From: Escherichia coli
Lineage (GTDB): Bacteria > Pseudomonadota > Gammaproteobacteria > Enterobacterales > Enterobacteriaceae
NCBI RefSeq assembly: GCF_050920415.1
Contig: NZ_CP169309.1
Strand: one strand, 5' to 3'
DNA: 64,000 bases
A program made the position numbers and the translations under genes. The notes under the pieces are model-generated. The model ran no database searches, was not told where the DNA came from, and was given only the letters and a program-made list of their open reading frames with translations. Of the stretch, positions 1 through 10,827 are shown piece after piece (within the stretch, counting starts at the first letter, position 1; each line of letters opens with the position of its first letter).

Positions 1-132
1 TATCTTCCGATACGGTTGACGCGTTTTTCACGCCTTTCCCCTGTGTGTCTTTTTTGTTGAGGGGCACCTTTTAACATTTAGTGCCCATCGTCGCAAGACA
101 CAATCCACACGGTTAAACCGGGTATCCTGCTT

Positions 133-3100
133 TTATTTCCGTACCCGATGTCGGTGCAGCCACATCAGCTTATACGCCGCCGGGATAATAAACAGCGACA
201 GCAAAGGTGCGGTGATCATGCCGCCAATCATCGGCGCGGCAATCCGGCTCATCACCTCTGAACCTGCCCCCGTTCCCCACAGAATCGGCAGCAGACCCGC
301 GATAATCACCGCCACAGTCATCGCTTTCGGGCGCACACGCAGCACCGCGCCGTGATATAACGCTTCATCCAGCTTCTGCTCGCTGAATGTTTGCGGATTA
401 TCCAGGGATGGCTCTGCCTCTATGGCGTGACGTAAATACATCAGCATCACCACGCCAAATTCGGCGGCGACTCCCGCGAGGGCGATAAAGCCAGTGCCCG
501 TTGCCACGGAAAGATGAAAGTCCATCCACCACAGTAACCAGATGCCACCCACCAGCGCAAACGGTACGCTGCTGATAATCAGCAACGCTTCGCCCACCCG
601 ACGGAACGCCAGATACAACAGCACGAAGATGATCATCAACGTCATCGGCACCATGAGTTTCAGCTTGTGGTTGGCACGCTCCAGCAACTCGAACTGCCCG
701 GAGAATGCCACGCTGGTACCCGGTTTTAACTGCACTTTTTCAGCTATCGCTTTTTGCAAATCGTGAACTACCGACACCATGTCACGATCGCGGGCATCGA
801 TATAAATCCAGCTTGTCGGGCGCGCATTCTCGGTTTTCAGCATCGACGGTCCGGTAGAGACTTTAACGTCGGCCACATCCGCCAGGGTGATTTGCTGCTT
901 CATCGGCGTCAGGATCGGTAGCTGGCGCAGCGCCTGTGGGCTATCGCGCCAGCTTTGCGGATAACGCAGATTAATTGGATAACGGGCAATCCCTTCCACC
1001 GTTTCACCAACCATCGCCCCGCCCACCGCAGATGTCACAAACAACTGCACATCCGCCACCGTCATACCGTAACGGGCGGCTTTTTCACGGTTGATCTCAA
1101 CGTTGATATAGCGCCCACCTTCCAGACGTTCAGCAAGGGCTGAGGCCACGCCTGGCACCGTTCGCGCCACTTCTTCAATTTGCTCCGCCATCGCGTCGAT
1201 ATCCGCCAGCACAGTGCCGGAAACTTTAATGCCGATAGGGCTTTTAATGCCGGTCGAGAGCATATCGATACGGTTACGGATTGGCGGCACCCACAGATTC
1301 GCCAGCCCCGGCAGACGCACGGTGTTATCCAGTTCCTCAATAATTTTTTCCATGGTCATGCCAGGCCGCCACTGATCCTGTGGCTTAAGCTGGATGGTCG
1401 TTTCTACCATCTCCAGCGGTGCGGAGTCGGTGGCGGTTTCCGCTTTCCCGGTTTTGCCAAACACCCGCGCCACTTCAGGTACGCTCATAATCAGCTTGTC
1501 GGTTTTTTGCAGCATACTCGCCGCCTCCGCTGCGGAAATCCCCGGCAGTGTCGATGGCATATACAACAAGTCGCCTTCATTGATCTGCGGTAAAAATTCT
1601 CCGCCAACTTTATTGAGCGGCCAGAGAACCGTCAGTACCGAAAGCGCCGCCACCAACAGCGTGGTTTTAGGCCAGTGCAGTACTTTCAGCAACAGCGGAT
1701 GATAAACACGAATCAAAAAGCGATTGAGCGGATTACTGCTTTCCGGTGGAATTTTTCCACGGATCCAGTAGCCCATCAGGATGGGGATCACTACGATCGC
1801 CAGCAGCGCCGCGCCCGCCATCGCATACGTTTTGGTGAACGCCAGCGGGCCAAACAGACGCCCTTCCTGCCCTTCCAGAGTGAAGATCGGGATAAACGAC
1901 AGCGTGATAATCAGCAAGCTGATAAACAGCGCCGGCCCCACTTCAACAGATGCATCGGTGATCACCTGCCAGCGCGTTTTATTATCCAGCGTGGCGTCAG
2001 GATGCTGGTGCTGCCACTCTTCCAGCCGTTTATGCGCATTCTCGATCATGACGATAGCGGCATCGACCATCGCCCCGACGGCAATCGCAATACCGCCCAG
2101 CGACATAATATTGGCATTCAGTCCCTGGAAGTGCATGACAATAAAAGCAATACACAACCCCAGCGGCAACGAAATAATCGCCACCAGCGCCGAGCGCACA
2201 TGCCAGAGAAACAGCGCGCAGACAACCGCCACCACAATAAACTCTTCCAGCAACTTGCCGCTGAGGTTGTCGATGGCTCGGTCAATAAGCTGGCTGCGAT
2301 CGTATGTTGTAACTATCTCCACGCCTTCCGGCAGACTGCTTTTCAGCGTTTCCAGTTTGTCCTTCACGGCGGCGATCACTTCACGGGCGTTTTTGCCGGA
2401 GCGCAGGATCACCACCCCGCCCGCCACTTCGCCTTCACCATTGAGTTCGGCAATGCCCCGGCGCATCTCCGGGCCAATCTGGACCTTCGCAACATCACGC
2501 AGATAAACGGGCACGCCATTTTCGCTGGCTTTTAAAACGATGTGATTAAAGTCGTCGAGCGTTTGCAGATAGCCGCTGGCGCGCACCATATATTCCGCTT
2601 CCGCCAGTTCGATCGACGAACCGCCCGCTTCCTGGTTTGAAGCATCCAGCGCATTTTTCACTTCGGCGAGACTGATGCCATACTGCGCCAGGCGCTGAGG
2701 ATCGATAACCACCTGATACTCTTTCACCACACCGCCCACCGACGCCACTTCCGCAACGTCAGGGATGGTTTTCAGCTCATATTTGAGAAACCAGTCCTGC
2801 AATGAACGTAAATCGGCCAGATCGTGCTTACCGCTGCGATCCACCAGCGCGTATTCATAGATCCAGCCAACACCCGTGGCATCTGGCCCCAACTCGGCGC
2901 TGACTCCCGCAGGCAGCTTACCCTGTACCTGGTTGAGGTACTCCAGCACCCGCGAGCGCGCCCAGTACGGATCGGTGCCATCTTCGAAAATGACATATAC
3001 ATAAGAGTCGCCAAACTGCGAGAAACCGCGCACAGTCTTCGCGCCAGGTACTGACAACATGGTGGTGGTTAGCGGATAAGTCACCTGATTTTCAACGATT

Positions 3101-3276
3101 TGCGGAGCCTGACCGGGATAGCTGGTTTTAATAATCACCTGCACATCGGAGAGATCCGGCAGCGCATCCACTGGCGTGTTAATGATAGTCCAGGTGCCCC
3201 AGATACTCAGAAACAACGCGCCCATCAGCACCAGAAAACGGTTCGCCACCGAGCGACGAATAATCCATTCAATCAT
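133..3276 (-). CDS. cusA: RND copper/silver efflux pump inner-membrane transporter CusA
   Basis: 1047-aa ORF; translation matches E. coli CusA along its length ([24 protein letters not shown]...), same length, first gene position of cusCFBA. Confidence 0.97.
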   Translation of the reverse strand: MIEWIIRRSVANRFLVLMGALFLSIWGTWTIINTPVDALPDLSDVQVIIKTSYPGQAPQIVENQVTYPLTTTMLSVPGAKTVRGFSQFGDSYVYVIFEDGTDPYWARSRVLEYLNQVQGKLPAGVSAELGPDATGVGWIYEYALVDRSGKHDLADLRSLQDWFLKYELKTIPDVAEVASVGGVVKEYQVVIDPQRLAQYGISLAEVKNALDASNQEAGGSSIELAEAEYMVRASGYLQTLDDFNHIVLKASENGVPVYLRDVAKVQIGPEMRRGIAELNGEGEVAGGVVILRSGKNAREVIAAVKDKLETLKSSLPEGVEIVTTYDRSQLIDRAIDNLSGKLLEEFIVVAVVCALFLWHVRSALVAIISLPLGLCIAFIVMHFQGLNANIMSLGGIAIAVGAMVDAAIVMIENAHKRLEEWQHQHPDATLDNKTRWQVITDASVEVGPALFISLLIITLSFIPIFTLEGQEGRLFGPLAFTKTYAMAGAALLAIVVIPILMGYWIRGKIPPESSNPLNRFLIRVYHPLLLKVLHWPKTTLLVAALSVLTVLWPLNKVGGEFLPQINEGDLLYMPSTLPGISAAEAASMLQKTDKLIMSVPEVARVFGKTGKAETATDSAPLEMVETTIQLKPQDQWRPGMTMEKIIEELDNTVRLPGLANLWVPPIRNRIDMLSTGIKSPIGIKVSGTVLADIDAMAEQIEEVARTVPGVASALAERLEGGRYINVEINREKAARYGMTVADVQLFVTSAVGGAMVGETVEGIARYPINLRYPQSWRDSPQALRQLPILTPMKQQITLADVADVKVSTGPSMLKTENARPTSWIYIDARDRDMVSVVHDLQKAIAEKVQLKPGTSVAFSGQFELLERANHKLKLMVPMTLMIIFVLLYLAFRRVGEALLIISSVPFALVGGIWLLWWMDFHLSVATGTGFIALAGVAAEFGVVMLMYLRHAIEAEPSLDNPQTFSEQKLDEALYHGAVLRVRPKAMTVAVIIAGLLPILWGTGAGSEVMSRIAAPMIGGMITAPLLSLFIIPAAYKLMWLHRHRVRK

Positions 3277-3287
3277 TGGTTATTCCC

Positions 3288-4511
3288 TCAATGCGCATGG
3301 GTAGCACTTTCAGAGCGCATCCGCTCCAGTGCGCCAGAAATATTGGCTTCAGAATCAATCAGGAACAGGCCGCTGGAAACCACCTTTTCACCTTCCGCCA
3401 GACCAGAACGTAGCGCGGTGACGCCTTGCGACGCCTGGAAAACAGCAACGCGTTTCGGTACAAAGCGCCCGTCGGCATCAACGGTAATCACCCGCTGTTC
3501 GTTACCAGTATCAATCAGTGCCTGTGACGGAATGAGCAGCATCGGTTCGCTGGCGGTGTTGAGTTGCAACCAGGCGTTCATTCCCGGTTTTAGCGCCTCG
3601 TCGGCGTTGTCGACTTCCAGACGCAGTTGTAGCGTGCGGGTCGCGGCATCCACGCCAGGTAGCAGCGTCCATTTGCGGATGGTGAGTGTTTTATCCGGTC
3701 GTGCCGGAACGGTGAGCGTAAACTGCGAGGCATCTTTCACCAGCCAGGCGATGGACTCCGGGATCGCAGCAGTGACCCACACCGGGTCCATACCCTGAAT
3801 TTTCGCTACCACGTTATCTTTGGCGATATTCATTCCCGCGCGCAGATCAAACGCAGTGATCACGCCATCAATAGGGGCTTTGAGCGTAAAGCGAGTCTGG
3901 ATTTTTTGCGTGGTAATCAGGCGGCGAATATCGGCCTCCGGCATTCCCGCCAGTCTCAGCCGCTCAAGAATGCCTTCAGTCTGGGTCGCCGTCCCGCCGG
4001 TTTCGCGCAGCAGTAAATACTCACTCTGCGCTTCCACCCAGTCGGGAATGGTCAGGTCGAGAAGCGGTGTGCCCTTTTGCACTTTATCGCCCACGGTGAG
4101 CGGATACACCTTGTCGATAAACCCGGCGGCGCGGGCCTGCACAATGGCAAACTGATACTCGTTGTAACTCACATTCGCTGGGAAACTCTGGGCAAAAGTC
4201 AGCGGCCCGCGCGTGACGGTCGCCGTTTTCACCCCCAGATTTTGCGTCTGGGTCGGGTCAATGCGCACACCAGACGCAGAACTCTCTTCATCGGCATATT
4301 TCGGCACCAGATCCATATCCATAAACGGCGATTTACCTGGTTTATCGAACCGCGTATTGGGATACATTGGGTCGTACCAGAATAAGACTTTACGTTCTGC
4401 GGTCGACGTTTTTTCTGCGGGCGGTTCAGCCTTTGCAAACCAGGTAAAACCTGCCGCAGAAATAATACCGCCCGCGATCATGCTGCCGATAATAAGCGCG
4501 ATTTTTTTCAT
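3288..4511 (-). CDS. cusB: Copper/silver efflux membrane fusion protein CusB
   Basis: 407-aa ORF, signal-anchor N-terminus, between cusF and cusA as in the known operon. Confidence 0.95.
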   Translation of the reverse strand: MKKIALIIGSMIAGGIISAAGFTWFAKAEPPAEKTSTAERKVLFWYDPMYPNTRFDKPGKSPFMDMDLVPKYADEESSASGVRIDPTQTQNLGVKTATVTRGPLTFAQSFPANVSYNEYQFAIVQARAAGFIDKVYPLTVGDKVQKGTPLLDLTIPDWVEAQSEYLLLRETGGTATQTEGILERLRLAGMPEADIRRLITTQKIQTRFTLKAPIDGVITAFDLRAGMNIAKDNVVAKIQGMDPVWVTAAIPESIAWLVKDASQFTLTVPARPDKTLTIRKWTLLPGVDAATRTLQLRLEVDNADEALKPGMNAWLQLNTASEPMLLIPSQALIDTGNEQRVITVDADGRFVPKRVAVFQASQGVTALRSGLAEGEKVVSSGLFLIDSEANISGALERMRSESATHAH

Positions 4512-4526
4512 CTCATTAAACCTGGG

Positions 4527-4859
4527 TTACTGGCTGACTTTAATATCCTGTAATAAAGAAAGGTTGCCCTGCTGGACAAAATTAAACGCTACTTTGTCGC
4601 CAGTTTTAATTTCACTCATTTTCGTCTGCGGGGTGATGGTAAAGCGCATGGTCATCTCCGGCCAGTTCACTGCGGCAATCGGATCGTGGTGGATGGTGAT
4701 TTTTTTGCTTTCCAGATCAACACCTTTTACCACACCGGTGGCGCTAATAACCTGTGGTTGTGCTTCGCTCATGGTTTCATGATGATGTTCGTTAGCCTGA
4801 GCATTAAAGCCAATAACAGTAAACAGACTGAACATTGCAACTTGCAGTGCTTTTTTCAT
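4527..4859 (-). CDS. cusF: Periplasmic copper/silver chaperone CusF
   Basis: 110-aa ORF with signal peptide (MKKALQVAMFSLFTVIGFNAQA), His/Met-rich metal-binding region; operon position. Confidence 0.95.
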   Translation of the reverse strand: MKKALQVAMFSLFTVIGFNAQANEHHHETMSEAQPQVISATGVVKGVDLESKKITIHHDPIAAVNWPEMTMRFTITPQTKMSEIKTGDKVAFNFVQQGNLSLLQDIKVSQ

Positions 4860-4882
4860 TTATTCTCTCCTGGAGTTAAAAA

Positions 4883-6265
4883 TTATTGCTGCCAACCGCC
4901 ACCCAGGGCGGTATATAAGGAAACTTCGTTAACCTGACGGGCATAATTCAGGTCGAGTAAAGTTTGTCGGGTTGCAAATAAGGAACGCTCGGCATCCAGC
5001 ACTTCCAGATAACTTACCGCGCCGTGCTGATATAATGCCCGCGCCCGTTGCAAAGTAATTTGCAGCGACGCCAGATAACGCTGCTGGGCGCTGATTTGAT
5101 CGTTCAGGCTTTGACGTAATGCAAGCGCATCTGCCACTTCTTTAAAGGCGTTCTGAATTTTCTGTTCATAATTCACCACCGACTGCTGCTGGCGAATTTC
5201 GGCGATATCCAGATTGGCCTGGTTGCGTCCGGCATTAAAAATGGGGATCTCAATTTTGGGAATAAAATTCCACATCCCGCTGCTGGCGTTAAATAATGAT
5301 GACAGATCGCTGCTGGCGGTTGATATTCCACTGGTCAGGCTTATAGACGGGAAAAATGCCGCACGCGCAGCACCAATATTGGCATTAGCCGCCATTAACG
5401 CGTGTTCAGCTTCCATAATATCCGGGCGCTGCAATAAGATTTGCGACGACAAGCCCGCCGGTAATTTAACGCTTTGCAGGCTGTCGCTGTTTACTGTCTG
5501 CGCTTGCGGCAGCTTGCCGTAGTTTCCCAATAACAGTTGCAATGCATTATTCGCCTGCGCCAGTTCCCCCTGACGTTTAGCGATATCACTGCGGGTACTT
5601 TCTATCACCCCGCGAGCCTGTTCCAGCGCCAGAACATTGCTGCTACCGGTCAACAGTTGTTTTTCAACAAACGCATATGACTGCTGATAATTACGCAGCG
5701 TTTCTTCTGCTATTTGTAATTGCGCATAAGCCAGCTGCTGATTGAAATAGCTTTGCGCGACATTAGAAACCAGCAGAATATGCACCGCACGCTGAGCTTC
5801 CTCAGTGGCTAAATAATTTTGTCGCTCGGCTTCGCTCATGTTCTTTAAGCGACCGAAAAAATCGAGATCAAAGCTGGCGTTAAGGCCAGTCGAGAACTCC
5901 CGCGTCGTGGCTGAATCGCCTTTAAGATTGCCGCTCCAGCTGCCGCTACCCTCGCCATTGAGCTGCGGGTAGCGGTCGGCATCGGTCAGACGATATTGCG
6001 CCCGTGCCTCCTGCACTTTCAGCGTCGCCATGCGCAAATCCCGATTATTCACCAGCGCCTCGCTAATCAGCGTCTTCACCTGATTATCAACAAAAAAGGT
6101 GCGCCAGCCCGCGTTCTGGTAGTTATCTACCGCGTTAACCAGGCCGTTCTGGCTGAGTGAGAACTGCTGCGGCACGGGCATTGCCGGACGCTGATATTCC
6201 GGTGCCAGTGAACAACCGGTTAGCGCAAGGGCCACACAAAATGGCAGAAGTTTACAAGGAGACAT
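4883..6265 (-). CDS. cusC: Outer-membrane efflux channel CusC (TolC family lipoprotein)
   Basis: 460-aa ORF with lipobox (LALTGCSL); first gene of cusCFBA, divergent from cusRS. Confidence 0.93.
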   Translation of the reverse strand: MSPCKLLPFCVALALTGCSLAPEYQRPAMPVPQQFSLSQNGLVNAVDNYQNAGWRTFFVDNQVKTLISEALVNNRDLRMATLKVQEARAQYRLTDADRYPQLNGEGSGSWSGNLKGDSATTREFSTGLNASFDLDFFGRLKNMSEAERQNYLATEEAQRAVHILLVSNVAQSYFNQQLAYAQLQIAEETLRNYQQSYAFVEKQLLTGSSNVLALEQARGVIESTRSDIAKRQGELAQANNALQLLLGNYGKLPQAQTVNSDSLQSVKLPAGLSSQILLQRPDIMEAEHALMAANANIGAARAAFFPSISLTSGISTASSDLSSLFNASSGMWNFIPKIEIPIFNAGRNQANLDIAEIRQQQSVVNYEQKIQNAFKEVADALALRQSLNDQISAQQRYLASLQITLQRARALYQHGAVSYLEVLDAERSLFATRQTLLDLNYARQVNEVSLYTALGGGWQQ

Positions 6266-6334
6266 AGGCTCATAATTTCTGGTGATTTTATGCCGCCAAC
6301 TTTACTCGCCAGGCTCTGATTTTCCGGTGACAGG

Positions 6335-6356
6335 AAAATGACAAAATTGTCATTTT
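6335..6356. promoter_or_regulatory. CusR box: perfect 22-bp palindrome AAAATGACAA-AA-TTGTCATTTT in the cusC/cusR divergent promoter region
   Basis: Perfect inverted repeat read directly in the 156-bp intergenic region between divergent cusC and cusR; matches the known CusR operator. Confidence 0.85.
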
Positions 6357-6421
6357 GCCAATAAGCGATTGCCATCTGATCCCGCTACTCTAGAATTGCC
6401 CGGGCAACATGCGGAGGAAAT

Positions 6422-7105
6422 ATGAAACTGTTGATTGTCGAAGATGAAAAGAAAACCGGCGAATACTTAACCAAAGGGTTAACCGAGGCCGGTTTTGTGG
6501 TTGATTTGGCCGATAACGGGCTGAATGGATACCATCTGGCGATGACAGGTGATTATGACCTGATAATCCTAGATATTATGCTGCCGGACGTGAACGGCTG
6601 GGATATCGTGCGTATGTTGCGTTCCGCCAATAAAGGGATGCCGATTCTGTTGCTTACCGCGCTTGGCACCATTGAACATCGCGTCAAGGGGCTGGAGCTG
6701 GGAGCGGATGACTATCTGGTGAAGCCGTTCGCTTTTGCTGAACTGCTGGCGCGGGTGCGCACTCTACTGCGTCGCGGGGCGGCGGTGATTATCGAAAGTC
6801 AGTTTCAGGTTGCCGATTTAATGGTTGATCTGGTCAGCCGCAAAGTCACCCGCAGCGGCACGCGCATCACTTTGACCAGTAAAGAGTTTACTCTGCTGGA
6901 GTTTTTCCTTCGCCATCAGGGCGAAGTGCTGCCCCGCTCGCTTATCGCCTCGCAGGTGTGGGACATGAATTTCGACAGCGACACTAACGCCATTGATGTG
7001 GCGGTGAAGCGGCTGCGCGGCAAAATCGACAACGACTTTGAGCCGAAGCTGATTCAAACCGTGCGCGGCGTGGGTTACATGCTTGAGGTGCCGGATGGTC
7101 AGTAA
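6422..7105 (+). CDS. cusR: Two-component response regulator CusR (OmpR family)
   Basis: 227-aa ORF; receiver-domain N-terminus ([16 protein letters not shown]), winged-helix C-terminus; precedes and overlaps cusS. Confidence 0.97.
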
Positions 7106-8543
7106 GCCGTTTCAGCGCCCGTTTTCGCTGGCAACCCGCCTGACCTTTTTTATTAGCCTGGCCACCATCGCGGCGTTTTTCGCCTTTGCATGGATCATGA
7201 TCCACTCAGTAAAAGTGCATTTTGCCGAGCAGGATATTAATGATTTAAAAGAGATTAGCGCCACACTTGAACGGGTACTTAATCACCCTGACGAAACGCA
7301 AGCCCGACGCTTAATGACGCTGGAAGATATTGTCAGTGGTTATTCCAATGTGTTGATTTCTCTGGCAGATAGCCACGGTAAAACGGTGTATCACTCCCCC
7401 GGCGCGCCGGATATCCGCGAGTTTGCACGTGATGCCATACCCGATAAAGACGCTCGGGGCGGCGAGGTGTATCTCCTTTCCGGCCCGACAATGATGATGC
7501 CAGGCCACGGTCACGGGCATATGGAACACAGCAACTGGCGGATGATTAACTTGCCGGTTGGCCCGCTGGTGGACGGCAAACCGATTTATACGCTCTACAT
7601 CGCGCTGTCTATTGATTTTCATCTTCATTACATTAATGATTTGATGAATAAACTTATTATGACCGCATCGATCATCAGCATCCTGATCGTCTTTATCGTG
7701 CTGTTGGCGGTACATAAAGGCCACGCGCCAATTCGCAGCGTCAGCCGTCAAATCCAGAACATTACCTCGAAAGATCTCGACGTTCGCCTCGATCCACAGA
7801 CCGTGCCCATTGAACTGGAACAACTGGTGCTGTCGTTCAACCATATGATCGAGCGTATCGAGGATGTCTTTACCCGCCAGTCCAATTTCTGTGCGGATAT
7901 CGCCCACGAAATTCGCACGCCGATTACGAATCTCATAACGCAAACGGAAATCGCCCTCAGCCAGTCGCGCAGCCAGAAGGAGCTGGAAGATGTGCTCTAC
8001 TCTAATCTCGAAGAGCTGACGCGAATGGCGAAAATGGTCAGCGATATGCTGTTTCTCGCTCAGGCCGATAACAACCAGTTAATCCCCGAAAAGAAAATGC
8101 TCAACCTGGCGGATGAAGTTGGTAAAGTGTTCGATTTTTTCGAGGCGTTAGCGGAAGATCGCGGCGTAGCACTACGGTTTGTTGGCGACAAATGTCAGGT
8201 TGCGGGCGATCCGCTGATGCTGCGTCGGGCGCTAAGCAACCTGCTTTCTAACGCCCTGCGTTATACGCCGCCCGGAGAGGCAATTGTAGTGCGCTGTCAA
8301 ACGGTCGATCACCAGGTGCAAGTTACCGTCGAAAACCCCGGTACGCCCATTGCGCCCGAGCACTTACCGCGTTTGTTTGACCGTTTCTACCGCGTTGATC
8401 CTTCCCGCCAGCGAAAAGGTGAAGGTAGCGGTATTGGTCTGGCGATAGTGAAATCAATTGTTGTCGCGCATAAAGGCACGGTTGCGGTAACGTCAGATGC
8501 GCGGGGGACAAGGTTTGTTATCGGGCTACCGGAGAGGGAGTGA
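7095..8543 (+). CDS. cusS: Copper/silver sensor histidine kinase CusS
   Basis: ORF track starts at 7083; the start matching CusS ([10 protein letters not shown]..., 482 aa) is the ATG at 7095, overlapping the cusR stop. H-box [10 protein letters not shown] present. Confidence 0.95.
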
Positions 8544-8758
8544 TTGGTCAGATAATGCAGTGGATGTTAATTGAATTGAGAATTAGCTATTTCGTCACGA
8601 GAAAAAGCGTAAAATCCGTTTCGTGCAGATGGTGAGTTTTATCAGGGTATGGCGGTAGCGCAACTGCCTTCGGATAATATATATAGTGTGAATGTATACC
8701 CCAGATAACTTCACCATCCAAATATATTCTTGAGATTAAAATATCGTATATTAATCGT

Positions 8759-9238
8759 ATGGGTGAAAATCCTGTTAATATTTTAACGAATCATGAGTAC
8801 TATAAAGTGGAAAAAATCATAGAACAGATAAAACCATTTTGGACAAAATATGATTCTTTGTCAGAAAAAGATATGATGTTGTTAGAGTCCAATTTCACGC
8901 ATCGTTTTCCAGAAGATATGAAAGAGTTTTTTCTGTGGTCTAACGGTGGAGCAGGTAAATTTCACAATATTTACATTTCCTTGTGGCCATTAGACGAAAT
9001 CAAGGAATTAAATGATGGTTATTTAATCAATCATTATCTAGGTGAACAGTTCATGGCTTTTGGTTCTGATGGTGGGCCGATATGTTTTTTACTGGATTAT
9101 CGTAATCCAGAACACACCAGAATATCTTCCGTAAATTTTGGTGACCTGGATATAGCTGAAGTAAAACAAATAGCAATTTCATTCGATGTTTTTTTAGAGT
9201 TGGCAGGAAATGGAGAAATTATAAGTAATAATTTATAA
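8759..9238 (+). CDS. Hypothetical protein with SUKH-1 (SMI1/KNR4)-like immunity-protein motifs
   Basis: 159-aa ORF in AT-rich DNA; motifs FPEDMKEFFLWSNGG and AFGSDGGPICFLLD resemble the SMI1/KNR4 family. No convincing Shine-Dalgarno upstream. Confidence 0.45.
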   Translation: MGENPVNILTNHEYYKVEKIIEQIKPFWTKYDSLSEKDMMLLESNFTHRFPEDMKEFFLWSNGGAGKFHNIYISLWPLDEIKELNDGYLINHYLGEQFMAFGSDGGPICFLLDYRNPEHTRISSVNFGDLDIAEVKQIAISFDVFLELAGNGEIISNNL

Positions 9239-9367
9239 TCAAGTAATTTCCCCTCACGCTGGCGATTGTCGTGGAATGCAGCGAAATTAATTTTATGAAT
9301 AATAAAGTATTAGGGCAGGATTAAGACATAAGATACGGATAAAATTCTCATATACAAAGGATTACGA

Positions 9368-9914
9368 ATGGCAACTGCAAGGATAAATGTTTTTTGCACG
9401 AATGAAGAGCTGTCTGATTGGCTCGCTATTATAGCCTCAAAGTATCAATTACATTCGATTTGGTTTGCGCTACAAGATGAATACTCTCAACAACTAAATA
9501 TTTTAACAGAAAAAAATCCCTGTTGTAGCATATCGAATTTATCTTATGCCCAGCATTAAATCTAACAATAGAAAAATAAAGTTTAGTAGCATTGATCGTT
9601 GTTGTGGTTGGATTGAAATAAAACCGGGGCATTTAGTTGAGCATAACGGGGCAAAGATGTTACAACTTACTGAAATTAACACTACTGATTCTGAGAATAA
9701 ATTAATATGTTTATGCAAAGCCATTAACTGGCTTAAACGACAGATTAAAACCAATGAATTTTCCGGTGTAACGGGAAAGAATAAAATTTATGGTGGAGAA
9801 ACTATTCACCCTCATATTTTCTATACGCATCAAGCCAAATCTCTTTTTTATGATAAAGTAATATGGAAACAAGACTTCCTATTCAATTCTGTATATGAGC
9901 CATTTATTTCATAG
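9368..9914 (+). pseudogene. Two overlapping small ORFs (63 aa and 122 aa) in different frames; possibly one frameshifted gene
   Basis: ORFs 9368-9559 and 9546-9914 overlap by 14 nt in different frames within the AT-rich islet; no recognisable domain. Confidence 0.25.
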
Positions 9915-10386
9915 TTTTCAGCAAACAATATTAACCACGATGAATATGACTAAAAAAGAAGCATTAGCATTCCTTGCTCTAAATCACCCTATGCCTAATG
10001 ATTATGACATCACACAGGAACTTATCAATAAATATGACGACGTAAGACTTTATTTTTGTGCAAATCCTGCTGAAGAGGCTATCCCATTATTTTTACAATC
10101 CTTTGGGGAAGGTGATGGCTTAGGAGTATATCAGTTGGTTGAAGATTTTTTGTTTAAATGTGATGAAAATATTGTAGTATCCAATATAGCCAGCATACTG
10201 GAAAATCCTCTGACAATAAAAAGCGTCCGATATTGGTGTACATTATTGGCAATGGCTTTCCCGGATAACATCTTAATTAAAGGATTAAATATTTCTCTAC
10301 ATTCTGATGATGAGGATACTCGAGACATGGCTATGTTAAGTTTAAAGATGATTACAGAGGAATATAAAACATTTGAATTCCAATAA
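9895..10386 (+). CDS. Hypothetical protein in AT-rich islet (163 aa; alternative start at 9940)
   Basis: Open frame, same strand as neighbouring small ORFs, low GC; no recognised domain. Confidence 0.4.
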   Translation: MSHLFHSFQQTILTTMNMTKKEALAFLALNHPMPNDYDITQELINKYDDVRLYFCANPAEEAIPLFLQSFGEGDGLGVYQLVEDFLFKCDENIVVSNIASILENPLTIKSVRYWCTLLAMAFPDNILIKGLNISLHSDDEDTRDMAMLSLKMITEEYKTFEFQ

Positions 10387-10827
10387 TTCCCCCTTGCATA
10401 AAAGATCACCATCATGACAAAAACACAAGCAAAGTTGCTTATTTATAAAGCATTTGTTATTTTAACGTTCTTTATTTCCTGGTTGAATATTAAACTTAAT
10501 TAATCTAAAGAGAAATGAAGTTAGCCTTCCTGTACCCACAGCAACGCCGTCTTTTTGTTCAGCACGGGGAAAATGTTCTCCCCTGCTCACCTCCTCCAGG
10601 CACTTCCACAACATGATGACCTGATCGGTTGCCGCCTATCCTCCTCACTATGACCTTCACCTCCGCGCTTTTGTCTACATTCTACACAATCGGCAACTTT
10701 TATAACCAGTGTAAAAATAACGTGCCGCAATAATCCTACCTATTAATGATAAAAAGCTGTCACAATTCATAAAAAACTTTAATATACGCCACCCTAAACA
10801 TAACCAGCGTTAATGTAAGGTTTTTGT

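Noticed and set aside
1675-2535. Plus-strand ORFs of 241-286 aa inside cusA
   Set aside because: Antisense to the well-supported cusA frame; Arg/Gln-rich low-complexity translations.
7311-7943. 210-aa minus-strand ORF inside cusS
   Set aside because: Antisense to cusS, which has full-length sensor-kinase homology.
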